Shown: positions 46,478 to 56,485 of the stretch, piece after piece
Layout of the letters: each line of letters opens with the position of its first letter
How positions within the stretch are numbered: the first letter of the stretch is position 1
From: Candidatus Dormiibacterota bacterium
GTDB lineage: Bacteria; Chloroflexota; Dormibacteria; Aeolococcales; Aeolococcaceae
Direction: 5' to 3'
DNA: 64,000 nucleotides
Assembly: GCA_963777445.1 (NCBI GenBank)
Contig: CAVZQR010000004.1
Coordinates: 186,263 to 250,262 of the forward strand
The notes under the pieces: model-generated
Databases searched by the model: none
What the model saw: only the letters and a program-made list of their open reading frames with translations
Told to the model about the DNA's origin: nothing
Made by a program: the position numbers and the translations under genes

Positions 46478-47091
46478 ATCGGCGGGCGAGAACCGCCCTG
46501 GTGCTCGCGACCGGAGCGCAGCGGCTGGTCGAGCTGCGGATCTCCGCGCGCAACCGTGCCGGGCTGGGGCGAGCCGAGCAGGCGTCGCCGTCGACGTACC
46601 CGCTCATGGTCGCAGTGCACGCTGCTCTCTTCGCTGTCAGTGCCTGGCCGCGCGCAGGGCGGCGCGTCTCACGGCCGGTGGAGATCGCCGCGCTGGTGGG
46701 TCTCGCCGCCTCCGCCGCTCTTCGCCTCTGGGTGATCCAAACCCTCGGCACGAGCTGGAACGTCACGGCCCATGTGTCACCCGTCGGTCACATCGCGACG
46801 GGCGGTCCGTATCGATACATACGCCATCCGAACTACGTGGCTGTGGCGCTGGAATTCGCGTGCCTTCCAACTGCGGTCGGTGCCGTCCCCGAGGCGCTCG
46901 CGCTCTCGATCGCCAATGCCGGGGTGCTCGTGCCACGCATTCGCGCCGAGGAACGCCTGATGGACGCGATCCCGGGTTATCGCGAGGCGTTCCGGGGCGT
47001 CCCCCGTTTCATCCCGCGTCCGGGCTCGCGCAGCCGTCAAATCCCGGCAAGCGACAGCCAGTCCCGCGCGGTGACGTCCCGAAACGTCTGA
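46474..47091 (+). CDS. isoprenylcysteine carboxyl methyltransferase (ICMT)-family membrane methyltransferase
   Basis: 205 aa with TM segments and the GPYRYIRHPNYVAV motif. Its start overlaps the PKS stop (ATGA). Confidence 0.85.
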   Translation: MNRRARTALVLATGAQRLVELRISARNRAGLGRAEQASPSTYPLMVAVHAALFAVSAWPRAGRRVSRPVEIAALVGLAASAALRLWVIQTLGTSWNVTAHVSPVGHIATGGPYRYIRHPNYVAVALEFACLPTAVGAVPEALALSIANAGVLVPRIRAEERLMDAIPGYREAFRGVPRFIPRPGSRSRQIPASDSQSRAVTSRNV

Positions 47092-48218
47092 TACCCGCAG
47101 TTGATGGCAACGAGCTTGCCCAATGCGCGGGGATCTCGTGTGGCTCGCGCGATCGCCCGGCGGCTGAGCGCCGGAGAGCGCGCCAGGAACAGGGCGAGAC
47201 GGGTCACGCGGCGCCGCTCTCGAACCAGCTGTTCGTGGTCGGCCGTGTAGCCGGCCGCGGCATCGGCGATGGAGTTCCGTCCGCTCAGGAGATCGACGAG
47301 GCGCTCCGCCAGGCGCTCGGCAAGGAGCATCCCCACGGCGATCCCGTCACCCGTTGTCGGGTCGTCGTATCCGGAGGCGTCCCCGACGAGAAAGACGCGA
47401 CCTTCGGCAAGCGCGCGGACCCGCTGGTGGAAGTGCGCCGCGCCGAGCGGTCCCGACACCAGCTCGGCGTCGCGGACGCTGCGCAGGCTGTGGCGGGCTG
47501 AGCTCGCATACGTTCGCGATGTGATCGGCGGACGGGTCCGCTCGGTCAGAATCGAGACAAGGAGGAGGTCGGGTCCGACGGGCGCCTCGTACCACTCGTG
47601 GCCTCGGGCGAGCGTCACGGTGACCGCATCCCGACCGGCGGTCTCGACCCGCCAGTGGCCGGCGAGCCCGTAGCGCAGCCGCGCGGTGGATCGATCCCTG
47701 AGCCCCGTCCAGGCACGGACCTGGGAGTGGAGCCCGTCGGCGCCGACGACGACCCGGGCCGTGATCTCATCAGCTGTCGTCGTAACTCCGGTCACCGCAC
47801 CGGCCGCATCGCGGAGCAGCCCGGTGACCCGTTCGGCCTCGCGGACGGTGGCGTGAGGCTCCGCGCGGACCGCTGCCACGAGCACCGAATCGAAGCTCGT
47901 GCGGCGAACACCGAGACCATCCGCGGGACCCCCACCCGGTGCGACGGGAAACGGCACGTGAACCGCCGTGCGGGAGCCTTGCCGGCGGTAGGTGACACCG
48001 CGGATCGGCTGCGCCCCACTCGCGAGGACCCCCTCATAGAGGTGCATCCTGCGGAGCGCGGCCGCCCCCGGCGGCATGATTCCCTCACCGCACGCTTTGT
48101 CGCGCGGGAATCGGGCGCGATCGACGAGGACCACGTCATGGCCCGCCCTCGCGACCAGGAGCGCGGTTGTTGCGCCGCTCGGTCCGGCGCCCACCACCAC
48201 GACCTCGGTCTCCGTCAC
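47037..48218 (-). CDS. FAD-dependent oxidoreductase / flavoprotein monooxygenase (geranylgeranyl-reductase-like)
   Basis: GTG 48218 gives VTETEVVVVGAGPSGATTALLVARAG. Further motifs are ACGEGIMP, GADGLHSQVR and LVGDASGYDDPTTGDGI. It is convergent with the ICMT gene, with a 55-bp 3' overlap. Confidence 0.85.
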   Translation of the reverse strand: MTETEVVVVGAGPSGATTALLVARAGHDVVLVDRARFPRDKACGEGIMPPGAAALRRMHLYEGVLASGAQPIRGVTYRRQGSRTAVHVPFPVAPGGGPADGLGVRRTSFDSVLVAAVRAEPHATVREAERVTGLLRDAAGAVTGVTTTADEITARVVVGADGLHSQVRAWTGLRDRSTARLRYGLAGHWRVETAGRDAVTVTLARGHEWYEAPVGPDLLLVSILTERTRPPITSRTYASSARHSLRSVRDAELVSGPLGAAHFHQRVRALAEGRVFLVGDASGYDDPTTGDGIAVGMLLAERLAERLVDLLSGRNSIADAAAGYTADHEQLVRERRRVTRLALFLARSPALSRRAIARATRDPRALGKLVAINCGYQTFRDVTARDWLSLAGI

Positions 48219-48300
48219 CAGGGGACTGTCGCAGAACAAACCCGATACGGGTGTCTTGCAACGGACTGCGCACGCCGCACCTCGGGTGGATGATGGGCCG

Positions 48301-49533
48301 GTGAATTTCCTGTCGGGACTGCACGGGGCTGTCGCCCTGGCCCTGCTCCCCGCCCTCCTCTTCGCCGAGGAGGCAGGCGTCCCGCTTCCCTTCGCACCGG
48401 GCGAGCTGACCCTGCTGGTGGCCGGCCTGCTGATCGCGTCCGGCGGCCTCAACCCGTACGCATTCATACCCCTCGCTTTGGTCGCCTGCATCGCAGGGTC
48501 ACTGGTGGGGTACAGCTGGGCCCGCGCCGTCGGCGACCGCGGCCTCAAGGGACTGGCCCGCCGCCTGCGCCAGCAGCGAAACCTCGAACGCGTCGAGGAA
48601 CGTCTCCGGGCCGCGGGATGGCGAGGGATCGCGATCAGCAGGTTGATCCCCGGGCTTCGGATCTACACCACGCTCGTCGCCGGCGCGGTTCGCGCGCCGC
48701 GACGCTCGTTCATCCTCGCCATGGTCTCGTCGACGGTGGTCTGGGTCGGGGTGTACGTTGCCCTCGGGATTCTGATCGGCGTGCCGGTGGAGCACTTCCT
48801 CGACCAGCTCCAGAAGCTCGCCCTCCAGGGCGCGATCCTCATCGTGATGGGCGTCGGCTGTTATCTGGCGGTACGCAAGACACCGTCGTCGTCCGGGGCC
48901 GGGCTGGTCCGAGTACCGCGCTGGGTGCGGGTCGTCCTCGCCGCGTTGCTCGATATCGGTGTCGTCGCGAGCATCGTCACCGGCTTGCTGGCCCTCGGCC
49001 GTCTGCTCGGGGTCGGCTTCGGGAGCGGCTGGGTGGACGGCGTGGTCGTGCTCCTGGTGGTCGGGGCGTTCTACGTGATCGTCGCCAGACGCAGCGCCGG
49101 GGCGACCGCCGGCGAGGTCCTCCTCCAGACCAGCTACGTCAGCGGTCACGGGTTGCCCTTGAAACCGCGAGCGGCGCTCGAGGCGGTGCGATCGCTGGTG
49201 ACGCGATCGGACGACGAGCTGACCGCCGCCGGGGACCTGCTCCACGCCCTCGGCGATCCCGACCGCCTCCGTATCGTGACCCAGCTGCTCGATCGCCCGC
49301 AAACGCTGGAGGAAATGGCGGCGCGGTCCAAGCTCTCACCCTTCGAGATCCGTCATCAGCTCGATCGCTTCCAGTCGACCGGCGTCCTCGTGATCAGCGG
49401 CCAGGAAGCGAATGCGACCTACGCGATTCGCCCGGATCTGCGCCACGTCCTCGTACAGCTGCTGGCGATCATGGAGTCGACCGCGGCCACGGCAGCGCCC
49501 GGGGACACCGCGCCGAAGCCGGCGCCCGTCTGA
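48301..49533 (+). CDS. membrane protein fusing a DedA/SNARE-associated domain, an RDD-like TM domain and a C-terminal ArsR-type winged HTH
   Basis: DedA motifs are EEAGVPLPFAPGELTLLVAG and ISRLIPGLRIYTTLVAG. The middle part has 3 TM segments with an RDD-like pattern. The C-terminus LLHALGDPDRLRIVTQLLDRPQTLEEMAARSKLSPFEIRHQLDRF is ArsR/SmtB-like. The start is GTG 48301 or 48286. Confidence 0.7.
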   Translation: MNFLSGLHGAVALALLPALLFAEEAGVPLPFAPGELTLLVAGLLIASGGLNPYAFIPLALVACIAGSLVGYSWARAVGDRGLKGLARRLRQQRNLERVEERLRAAGWRGIAISRLIPGLRIYTTLVAGAVRAPRRSFILAMVSSTVVWVGVYVALGILIGVPVEHFLDQLQKLALQGAILIVMGVGCYLAVRKTPSSSGAGLVRVPRWVRVVLAALLDIGVVASIVTGLLALGRLLGVGFGSGWVDGVVVLLVVGAFYVIVARRSAGATAGEVLLQTSYVSGHGLPLKPRAALEAVRSLVTRSDDELTAAGDLLHALGDPDRLRIVTQLLDRPQTLEEMAARSKLSPFEIRHQLDRFQSTGVLVISGQEANATYAIRPDLRHVLVQLLAIMESTAATAAPGDTAPKPAPV

Positions 49534-49798
49534 CCACGTTTGCGCGTCGCTGAGCCCTCATCCTCGTACGGGTCGAGCCGGTTCGTTCCGGGTCACACGA
49601 GCGCCACAGAACTCCGAACTCCAGCGCCCTGCGGCGTTTGGCAGGTGAACCTTTGCCGAGGTCCTGCCCCGGGCCGAAGCGCCAGTCATTGCGGGGAGGG
49701 GTCCCGCGGGGGTCGTCCACATCGCCGACCAGACGCCGAAGCCGGCGCCGGACGCGGTTCCCTCGGATCATCAATGGCAGCGTCGGCCCGTCCTGAGC

Positions 49799-51418
49799 TT
49801 GCTCATTCGCGCCGCGGTCGTGATCATCCCGGCTGCCGTCGGGATCGCGGCCGGTGCGGTGATGAGCCGTCTGTTGCCGCGGCCGGACGGGCTTGCACCC
49901 GCAACGCTTTCGTTTGCGGCAGTCAGCCTGGTGATGCTCGTGACGATCATCGCCCTGGAGCGTGCGGGACGTCGTCTCCTGCCCCTGGCCGCCCTGCTCA
50001 ACCTCTCTCTCCTCTTTCCCGACCGCGCGCCCAAGCGATTCGCGGTGGCTCGTCGCGTGGGGAAGCCGCGTGACCTGCAACGCCAACTCCAGGAGGCTCG
50101 CGCCGCGGGGGTCACCGGCGGCGAGGTTGCGCACATGCAGACGGTTCTGGAACTCGTTGCAGCGCTCAGCGTGCACGATCGCCAGACGCGAGGGCACTCC
50201 GAACGCGTCCGCGTGTTCACCGATCTGATCGCCGACGAGATGAACCTCGCGCCGGGCGATCGCGCGCGTCTGCGCTGGGCGTCGTTGCTCCACGACATCG
50301 GCAAACTCGTGGTCCCGGCCGAGATCCTGACCAAGCCCGCCAAGCTCAGCGACGCGGAGATGAACAACGTCCGGCGCCATCCCGATGAAGGCGCTCGCCT
50401 CATCGGGCCGCTGAATGCGTGGCTCGGCGAGTGGGCCGGCGCGGTGCCCCATCATCACGAGCGCTTCGACGGCCGCGGCTACCCACGCGGACTCGCCGGT
50501 GATCAAATCTCGCTGGCCGGCCGCATCGTGGCAGTCGCCGACTCGTATGAAGTCATGACCGCGATGCGTCCATACCGCAAGCCGATCAGCGTGTCAGCCG
50601 CGCGACAGGAACTGGTGAGGTGCTCGGGAGCGCAGTTCGACCCCATGGTGGTGCGCGCGTTCCTGAACATCTCCATGGGTCGGCTCTGGCGCGTCGTCGG
50701 GCTCGGCTCCTGGATCGCACAGCTGCCGTTGATCGGCTGGATCGATCGTCTCGGATGGAACTGGGGTGCGGCGATCATGTCGGGGACGACGGCTCTCGGC
50801 CTGACGGTCCCCGGTATCGTTGGGAGCCCAACGCCCGTCGCGACGCCGACATTCGGAGTCTCGGTCGTTGCCACTGGCGGCGCGGCCGCTCGGACATACG
50901 GCGGATCCGTTGGCGGTGCAGGTACGGCGACCGGATCGTCAGGCGGGTCCGCCGGGACGAGTGCGGGATCAACCGGACAGAGCAGCGGGAATCCAGGGAG
51001 TGCCGGCACCTCTGCCTCGGATCCCCCGTCACCGGCATCGACACATCCGACACCGACGCCGAGCGTTTCACCGGCATCGCCGACGCCCACACCAACTCCG
51101 ACCCCCGGCGCAACTCCCACCCCACGGCCCGATCTCCCGCCGGTCGTGACGGTCAAAGCAGGGGGGCTCGCGGTCCTCGGTCGTTTCAGCAACGGCTCGG
51201 GCAGCTTCACCGACCCCGACCTTGCGGGGCATACGTTCACCGCGACGGTGAACTACGGTGACGGCACGCCGACCGTGCCTCTCGCACTCACCGGGACGAC
51301 ATTCGTCCTGGCCCACAACTACAGCACGCTGCTTGCCACATACACGATCACGGTCACGGTCACCGACAACGACGGGGTGTCAGGCAGCGGCTCGACCACC
51401 GTCACAGTGATCCTGTAG
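49799..51418 (+). CDS. membrane HD-GYP domain protein with a C-terminal TM pair, Pro/Thr/Ser-rich linker and PKD-like domain
   Basis: HD-GYP motifs are LLHDIGKLVVP and HHHERFDGRGYPRGL. TM segments flank both sides. The tail has a TPTPSVSPASPTPTPTPTP linker and then FTATVNYGDGTP...YTITVTVTDNDG (PKD signature). Confidence 0.8.
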   Translation: MLIRAAVVIIPAAVGIAAGAVMSRLLPRPDGLAPATLSFAAVSLVMLVTIIALERAGRRLLPLAALLNLSLLFPDRAPKRFAVARRVGKPRDLQRQLQEARAAGVTGGEVAHMQTVLELVAALSVHDRQTRGHSERVRVFTDLIADEMNLAPGDRARLRWASLLHDIGKLVVPAEILTKPAKLSDAEMNNVRRHPDEGARLIGPLNAWLGEWAGAVPHHHERFDGRGYPRGLAGDQISLAGRIVAVADSYEVMTAMRPYRKPISVSAARQELVRCSGAQFDPMVVRAFLNISMGRLWRVVGLGSWIAQLPLIGWIDRLGWNWGAAIMSGTTALGLTVPGIVGSPTPVATPTFGVSVVATGGAAARTYGGSVGGAGTATGSSGGSAGTSAGSTGQSSGNPGSAGTSASDPPSPASTHPTPTPSVSPASPTPTPTPTPGATPTPRPDLPPVVTVKAGGLAVLGRFSNGSGSFTDPDLAGHTFTATVNYGDGTPTVPLALTGTTFVLAHNYSTLLATYTITVTVTDNDGVSGSGSTTVTVIL

Positions 51419-52237
51419 AAATGAGTCCACCGTGGTTGGCTGACGGGGTCCGCATCCCAGCAGGGGGCGGGGGCGTCTCGACCGCCTCGCCTGCTGCTGG
51501 TGCCTGTTGACGGGTCGCTCTAACGTGTTCGTGGCGCAGATCTGGTAAATGGTCACCGAAGCGTCGACTCCCGATGCGTTGTTGACGAAGATCTCCCAGG
51601 AGTTGACGCCGCTCGGAAAGTCACCGCCGAGATTCACAGATGTCGCGCCCGATGTGCTGAGCGCTCCGCCACCGATGATCACGTCGCCGGTCGGGCGCAC
51701 GAAGAAATAGCCGCTCTCGGTGCCTGCTGGGTTTGGTTCGAGGACCGACACGCGCTGCACATAGTTCTTGAGCTTCTTCGCGCAGACGGCGTAGACGTTG
51801 AACGTGGTCGACAAGCTGGTGCCGTTATTGACATAAACATCCCAACTCTTGCCGTCTGAGCCGGGATACGAGGAGTTGACGTTCGCAACGACTGAACTGG
51901 ACACGATCTCGGCTCCACCGTCGAGCGGAACCGTCTGAACGCCCTTCTTGACCGGGCAGGTAAGGGACGCGAAGGTCTGCGCCAACGCCGGAGCCGTTAC
52001 CGCTACTGAGAAGACGATGGTGTAACCGCCGGGCTTCGCGAGGAACGCTCCCGGCAGAGCATGAACCGTCAGAACGTGCTTCATCGGGGCCGCCGCGGCG
52101 TGGGTGGACGCGATGGTCCTTATCGCCTGGCGAGGAGCGACGGGTGACAGCCCGCTTGCGCTCACGCTCGTGGAACTCGCGAGCACAAGCCCAGCGAATG
52201 CTGCGGTCAGTCCAAAGATCCGGGCCGGCTTGCCCAT
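51380..52237 (-). CDS. secreted hypothetical protein
   Basis: 285 aa with a signal peptide ([27 protein letters not shown]) and a beta-rich mature part. The last ~45 aa overlap the convergent gene and a GC-rich hairpin, so the C-terminus is uncertain. Confidence 0.55.
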   Translation of the reverse strand: MGKPARIFGLTAAFAGLVLASSTSVSASGLSPVAPRQAIRTIASTHAAAAPMKHVLTVHALPGAFLAKPGGYTIVFSVAVTAPALAQTFASLTCPVKKGVQTVPLDGGAEIVSSSVVANVNSSYPGSDGKSWDVYVNNGTSLSTTFNVYAVCAKKLKNYVQRVSVLEPNPAGTESGYFFVRPTGDVIIGGGALSTSGATSVNLGGDFPSGVNSWEIFVNNASGVDASVTIYQICATNTLERPVNRHQQQARRSRRPRPLLGCGPRQPTTVDSFLQDHCDGGRAAA

Positions 52238-52503
52238 GGCACCCCCCTTGTGAGTCGGTCAGACGCGAATTGCGCTGCACTCCAGGCATTTGGCCAATCG
52301 CGAGTCAACCGGTTTGGATTCACATTGCGACCGGCGGGTCTTCACCAACCGCCGTGGAACTCGGCACCTCAGCCCACGGTGATCCCGCAACGGATAGGTC
52401 GCTCACTGCACGCCGTATAATTGCGGCGACCCCACGCCAATTGCCTTGGCTCCGCGGCATCTTTGGACAGTCCAGGCTGCCGGCGGGCCGCGAGGAGGAC
52501 GCT

Positions 52504-53658
52504 GTGCTGCAGGCGAGTCCCGCCGACCGTTTCTCATTCGGACTTTGGACGGTTGGCTGGCAGGGGGTTGACGTTTTTGGCTCGGCGGTGCGTGCTCCGC
52601 TCGACCCCGAGGTTGCCGTGGCGCGGCTCGCCGAACTCGGCGCATATGGCGTGAGCTTTCACGACAACGACCTGTTCCCGTTCGACGCTTCGGCCGCTGA
52701 CAAGAGCAGGTCCATCGAGCGTCTGCGCCGCGCCGTCGACAGCGCAGGCCTGGTCGTCCCGATGGTGACAACCAACCTCTTCTCACACCCGGTGTTTCGC
52801 GATGGCGCCTTCACCGCCAATCATCGCGAGGTTCGCCGCTTCGCGCTCCGCAAAGTGGCGGACAACCTCGACCTTGCCGCCGAGCTCGGTGCCGGCATCG
52901 TCGTGTTCTGGGGAGGACGCGAGGGGGCGGAGTCGGGCGCCGCAAAGGATGTTCGCGCGGCGCTCGACCGCTACAAGGAGGCCTTCGACATTCTCAGCTC
53001 CTATGTCATCGAGCAGGGCTACCCCATGCGCTTTGCCATCGAGCCCAAGCCGAATGAGCCGCGGGGCGACATCTTTCTCCCCACCATCGGACACGCGCTG
53101 TCGTTCATCAATGAGCTGGAGCACAAGGAGATGGTCGGCCTCAACCCCGAGGTCGGACACGAGGAGATGGCGAGCCTGAACTTCGCCCACGGGCTCGCCC
53201 AGGCGCTCTGGCACGGGAAGCTCTTTCACGTCGACCTCAACGGCCAGAACGGTCCGAGGTACGACCAGGACCTGCGCTTCGGAGCCGGGAATGCGCGAGG
53301 CGCGTTCTGGACGGTCGACATCCTCGAGTCCGGTGGATACCAGGGGCCGCGGCATTTCGACTTCAAGCCCCCGCGCACCGAGGACATGGACGGGGTGTGG
53401 GAGAGCGCCGCCGCCTGCATGCGCAACTACCTGCTGTTGCGCAGCCGGACCCAGGCGTTCCGCGCAGATCCCGAGGTACAGGCCGCGCGCGTGACCGCTC
53501 GCCTCGACGAGTTGGCGCAGACCACCCTCGCACCCGGCGAGACCCTGGCGTCGATGCGCTCGGAGACGTTCGACGTCGAGGCGGCGGCAGCCCGGGGCAT
53601 GGCGTTCGAGCGCCTGGATCAACTTGCGCTCGACTACCTCTACGGCATCCGTTCCTAG
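52504..53658 (+). CDS. xylA: xylose isomerase (actinobacterial class I)
   Basis: GTG 52504 follows a GAGGAGGA RBS. Motifs are [35 protein letters not shown] and FHVDLNGQ. Confidence 0.95.
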   Translation: MLQASPADRFSFGLWTVGWQGVDVFGSAVRAPLDPEVAVARLAELGAYGVSFHDNDLFPFDASAADKSRSIERLRRAVDSAGLVVPMVTTNLFSHPVFRDGAFTANHREVRRFALRKVADNLDLAAELGAGIVVFWGGREGAESGAAKDVRAALDRYKEAFDILSSYVIEQGYPMRFAIEPKPNEPRGDIFLPTIGHALSFINELEHKEMVGLNPEVGHEEMASLNFAHGLAQALWHGKLFHVDLNGQNGPRYDQDLRFGAGNARGAFWTVDILESGGYQGPRHFDFKPPRTEDMDGVWESAAACMRNYLLLRSRTQAFRADPEVQAARVTARLDELAQTTLAPGETLASMRSETFDVEAAAARGMAFERLDQLALDYLYGIRS

Positions 53659-53721
53659 GACGATGCGGCAGCCACCGTACCCGGGGCATGAGCGCGGGCT
53701 CGGAGCGAGGCCGTCTCGGCG

Positions 53722-55161
53722 ATGACCGCGGCCGCGCTGGTCGGCATCGATATCGGTACCTCATCGGCGAAGGGCATCGCGGTCAACCCTGAGTCGGGAA
53801 GCGTGATAGCCACGGTCGAGCGCGACTACCCGGTGAGCTCACCTCATGTGGGATGGATGGAGCAGCAGCCGGAAGCATGGTTGGCCGCTGCCCGGGAGGT
53901 GCTCGCCGCCCTGAGGGCCGATGTCCCGACGGTCGCCGGCATCGGTTTCTCCGGCCAGATGCACGGGTTGGTGTGCCTCGACGACGGCGGCGCGGTCATC
54001 CGTCCCGCCATCCTCTGGAACGACCAGCGGTCAGCCCCGCAGTGCGCCGCGTTGGAGCAGGGCGGCGGGAGGGATCGCCTGCTTCGCCTCACCGGCAACC
54101 GCGCCCTCCCCGGGTTCACGGCCCCGAAGCTGCTCTGGATGCGTGAGAACGAGCCCGCCGCCTTCGCGCGCATCCGCCGGATCTGCCTTCCCAAGGACTA
54201 CGTGCGCGACCACCTGGTCGGCGGCCATTGGTGCGACGTCGCCGACGCCTCGGGAACGCTGCTCCTCGATGTCGGCGAGCGCAGTTGGAGTCGCGAGTTG
54301 CTGGCCCAGCTGGAGATCCCGACATCCTGGCTGCCCGAGCTTGCCGAGAGCCCCGACGCGGTCGGCGCGCTCGACGGCGTCCCGGTGGCAGCGGGCGCGG
54401 GTGATCAGGCGGCGGCGGCGGTGGGCGCGGGGATCACGGGTCCCGGTCCCCTGTCGGTCGTCCTCGGCACCTCCGGGGTGATCCTGGCGGCGACCGATCG
54501 GTTCCTGGCCGACCCCGATGGCCGGGTCCATGCCTTCTGTCATGCCGTCCCCGGGCGCTGGCAGGTGATGGGCGTGATGCTCTCGGCGGCCGGGTCACTC
54601 GCCTGGTTTCACGACACGCTGCTCCGCGACACCGACTACGACGCGATGCTCGAGGAAGCCGCGAGCGTGCCGGCGGGCTGCGAGGGACTGACATTTCTCC
54701 CCTACCTGGCCGGCGAACGGACGCCGCACGCCGATCCCGACGCGCGCGGTGCTTTCTGCGGGCTGTCCGTCACCCACGGGCGTGGCGCACTGACGCGGGC
54801 GGTGCTCGAAGGGGTCGCGTTCGCACTGCGCGACTGCCTCGATGTCGTCCACGGCGTGGGTGCCACAGCCGCCCGCGGCCGCGTCTCGGGGGGTGGATCG
54901 AGGAGCCGGCTCTGGCTCGAGATCGTTGCCACCGCTCTCGAGATGCCGCTGGAGGTGATGGCCACGGATCAGGGTTCGGCATTCGGCGCCGCGCTGCTCG
55001 GTGGCGTCGCAGCCGGCGTCTACCGTGACCTCGATGAGGCAACCGCCGCCTGTGTGCGCGTCACCGAGGTCGTCGATCCGGTGACCGGGTGGATCGAACC
55101 GTACCGCGATGCGCGACGCCGATTTCGCGAGTATTACCCGGCCCTTCGCTCGGTCAGGTAG
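53722..55161 (+). CDS. xylB: xylulokinase (FGGY family)
   Basis: 479 aa with GIDIGTSSAKG, GFSGQMHG, AAGAGDQAAAAVG and an FGGY C-terminal domain. It lies directly downstream of xylA. Confidence 0.9.
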   Translation: MTAAALVGIDIGTSSAKGIAVNPESGSVIATVERDYPVSSPHVGWMEQQPEAWLAAAREVLAALRADVPTVAGIGFSGQMHGLVCLDDGGAVIRPAILWNDQRSAPQCAALEQGGGRDRLLRLTGNRALPGFTAPKLLWMRENEPAAFARIRRICLPKDYVRDHLVGGHWCDVADASGTLLLDVGERSWSRELLAQLEIPTSWLPELAESPDAVGALDGVPVAAGAGDQAAAAVGAGITGPGPLSVVLGTSGVILAATDRFLADPDGRVHAFCHAVPGRWQVMGVMLSAAGSLAWFHDTLLRDTDYDAMLEEAASVPAGCEGLTFLPYLAGERTPHADPDARGAFCGLSVTHGRGALTRAVLEGVAFALRDCLDVVHGVGATAARGRVSGGGSRSRLWLEIVATALEMPLEVMATDQGSAFGAALLGGVAAGVYRDLDEATAACVRVTEVVDPVTGWIEPYRDARRRFREYYPALRSVR

Positions 55162-55173
55162 TCCGGTACCCGG

Positions 55174-56391
55174 TCACGCCGATCGGCGCTCGGGAGCCCG
55201 TGCGGGCACCAGTGTCGGCTCGTCGAGGATGCGCGTGAGGGCGAGCTCTGCGGCCCCGAGCAGTGGTCCGTCGGCGCCGAGCTGTGTCGGTCTGATGAGC
55301 TCGTCGAGGTCGACCGCGGGAGCCATGACACGCGCGTGCAACTCCGCTTGCACGATCTGCTCAACCACCGGCCACATGGTGCCGAGCAGGCCGCCGAGCA
55401 CGACGCGCTGCGGGTTGAAGACGTTGACCAGGCCGGCGAGGCCCGTGCCCAGCCAGCGGCCCACGTCCTCGACCGCCGCGAGCGCCACCGGGTCGCCCCA
55501 CGTCGCCTGCCTGAGCAGCCGGGTGACGGCCTCCGGTCGGTAGTTCCGTTCGGCGATGCCAATCCGGCGCAGGATCGCCGGGCCACCGATCTCGGTCTCC
55601 CAGCAGCCGATCGCGCCGCACCGGCAGCGCTCCCCCCGCGGGTTCACCTGGAAGTGGCCGACCTCGCCGGCACATCCGGCCGCGCCGACCAGGGGCCGGC
55701 CGTCGATGACCAGGCCCCCGCCGACGCCCACCTCACTCGAGACATAGACGAGATGATGCACGCCGACGCCGGCTCCCCAGGTGTGCTCTGCAAGAGCACC
55801 GAGATCCGCCTCATTGGCGATGAGCACGGGGAGGCTCGAGCCCAGCCGGTCCGCCACCAGACGGCCCAGCGGGACATCTCGCCAGCCCAGGTTCGGTGCG
55901 AAATGCACCATCCCGTCGGCACGGCGAACCACGCCCGCAAGCGCGATTCCCAGACCCCCGACCCAGCAGCCGGCGGGGATCGATGCCTGCGCGGTCTGGA
56001 TCAGCTTGCCGACGTCCTCGATGGTCTGGTCGACGGCGAGACGGCGCGGCTGGTGGGTGACGCGACTTCGATGAAGGATCCGACCGCCCAGTCCGACAAC
56101 GGCGGCCGAAAGCGAGTTGACAGCGATCTCTGCGGTGATGACCGCCGCGCCCTCGGGATTCGGCCGGGCCACCATCGAGGGACGCCCGGGCGAGCCCAGC
56201 CGAGCGGGGTCACCCTCCTCCACCAGGCCGCGGGCCCGAAGATCGGCGACCAGCTCCCCGATCGTGCTCCGCGTCATCCCGAGCGCACTGCCCATCTCGG
56301 ATCGGGAGAGGGCGCCCGACTGGTGGAGCAGCCTGAGCAGCAGGCTCAGGTTATGGCGCCGGACGGATTCTGGCGACGCCATGGGGCTCAT
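55174..56391 (-). CDS. ROK-family transcriptional regulator (XylR-like)
   Basis: 405 aa with an N-terminal wHTH (RRHNLSLLLRLLHQSGALSRSEMGSALGMTRSTIGELV) and a ROK sugar-kinase-like domain with the Cys motif (CRCGAIGCWE). Confidence 0.9.
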   Translation of the reverse strand: MSPMASPESVRRHNLSLLLRLLHQSGALSRSEMGSALGMTRSTIGELVADLRARGLVEEGDPARLGSPGRPSMVARPNPEGAAVITAEIAVNSLSAAVVGLGGRILHRSRVTHQPRRLAVDQTIEDVGKLIQTAQASIPAGCWVGGLGIALAGVVRRADGMVHFAPNLGWRDVPLGRLVADRLGSSLPVLIANEADLGALAEHTWGAGVGVHHLVYVSSEVGVGGGLVIDGRPLVGAAGCAGEVGHFQVNPRGERCRCGAIGCWETEIGGPAILRRIGIAERNYRPEAVTRLLRQATWGDPVALAAVEDVGRWLGTGLAGLVNVFNPQRVVLGGLLGTMWPVVEQIVQAELHARVMAPAVDLDELIRPTQLGADGPLLGAAELALTRILDEPTLVPARAPERRSA

Positions 56392-56485
56392 GCGGAGCGA
56401 CCTCGGTACAGCCTGCCGGCGGGGCGCACGGTCATCTGCTCGGCGTCAGTGGCTTCCGCAGGATGCGTACCACTTTCGTCCGGAA

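Noticed and set aside
50990-51130. ACC/CCG-rich low-complexity DNA
   Set aside because: It encodes the Pro/Thr/Ser linker of the HD-GYP/PKD protein, so it is not an independent repeat element.
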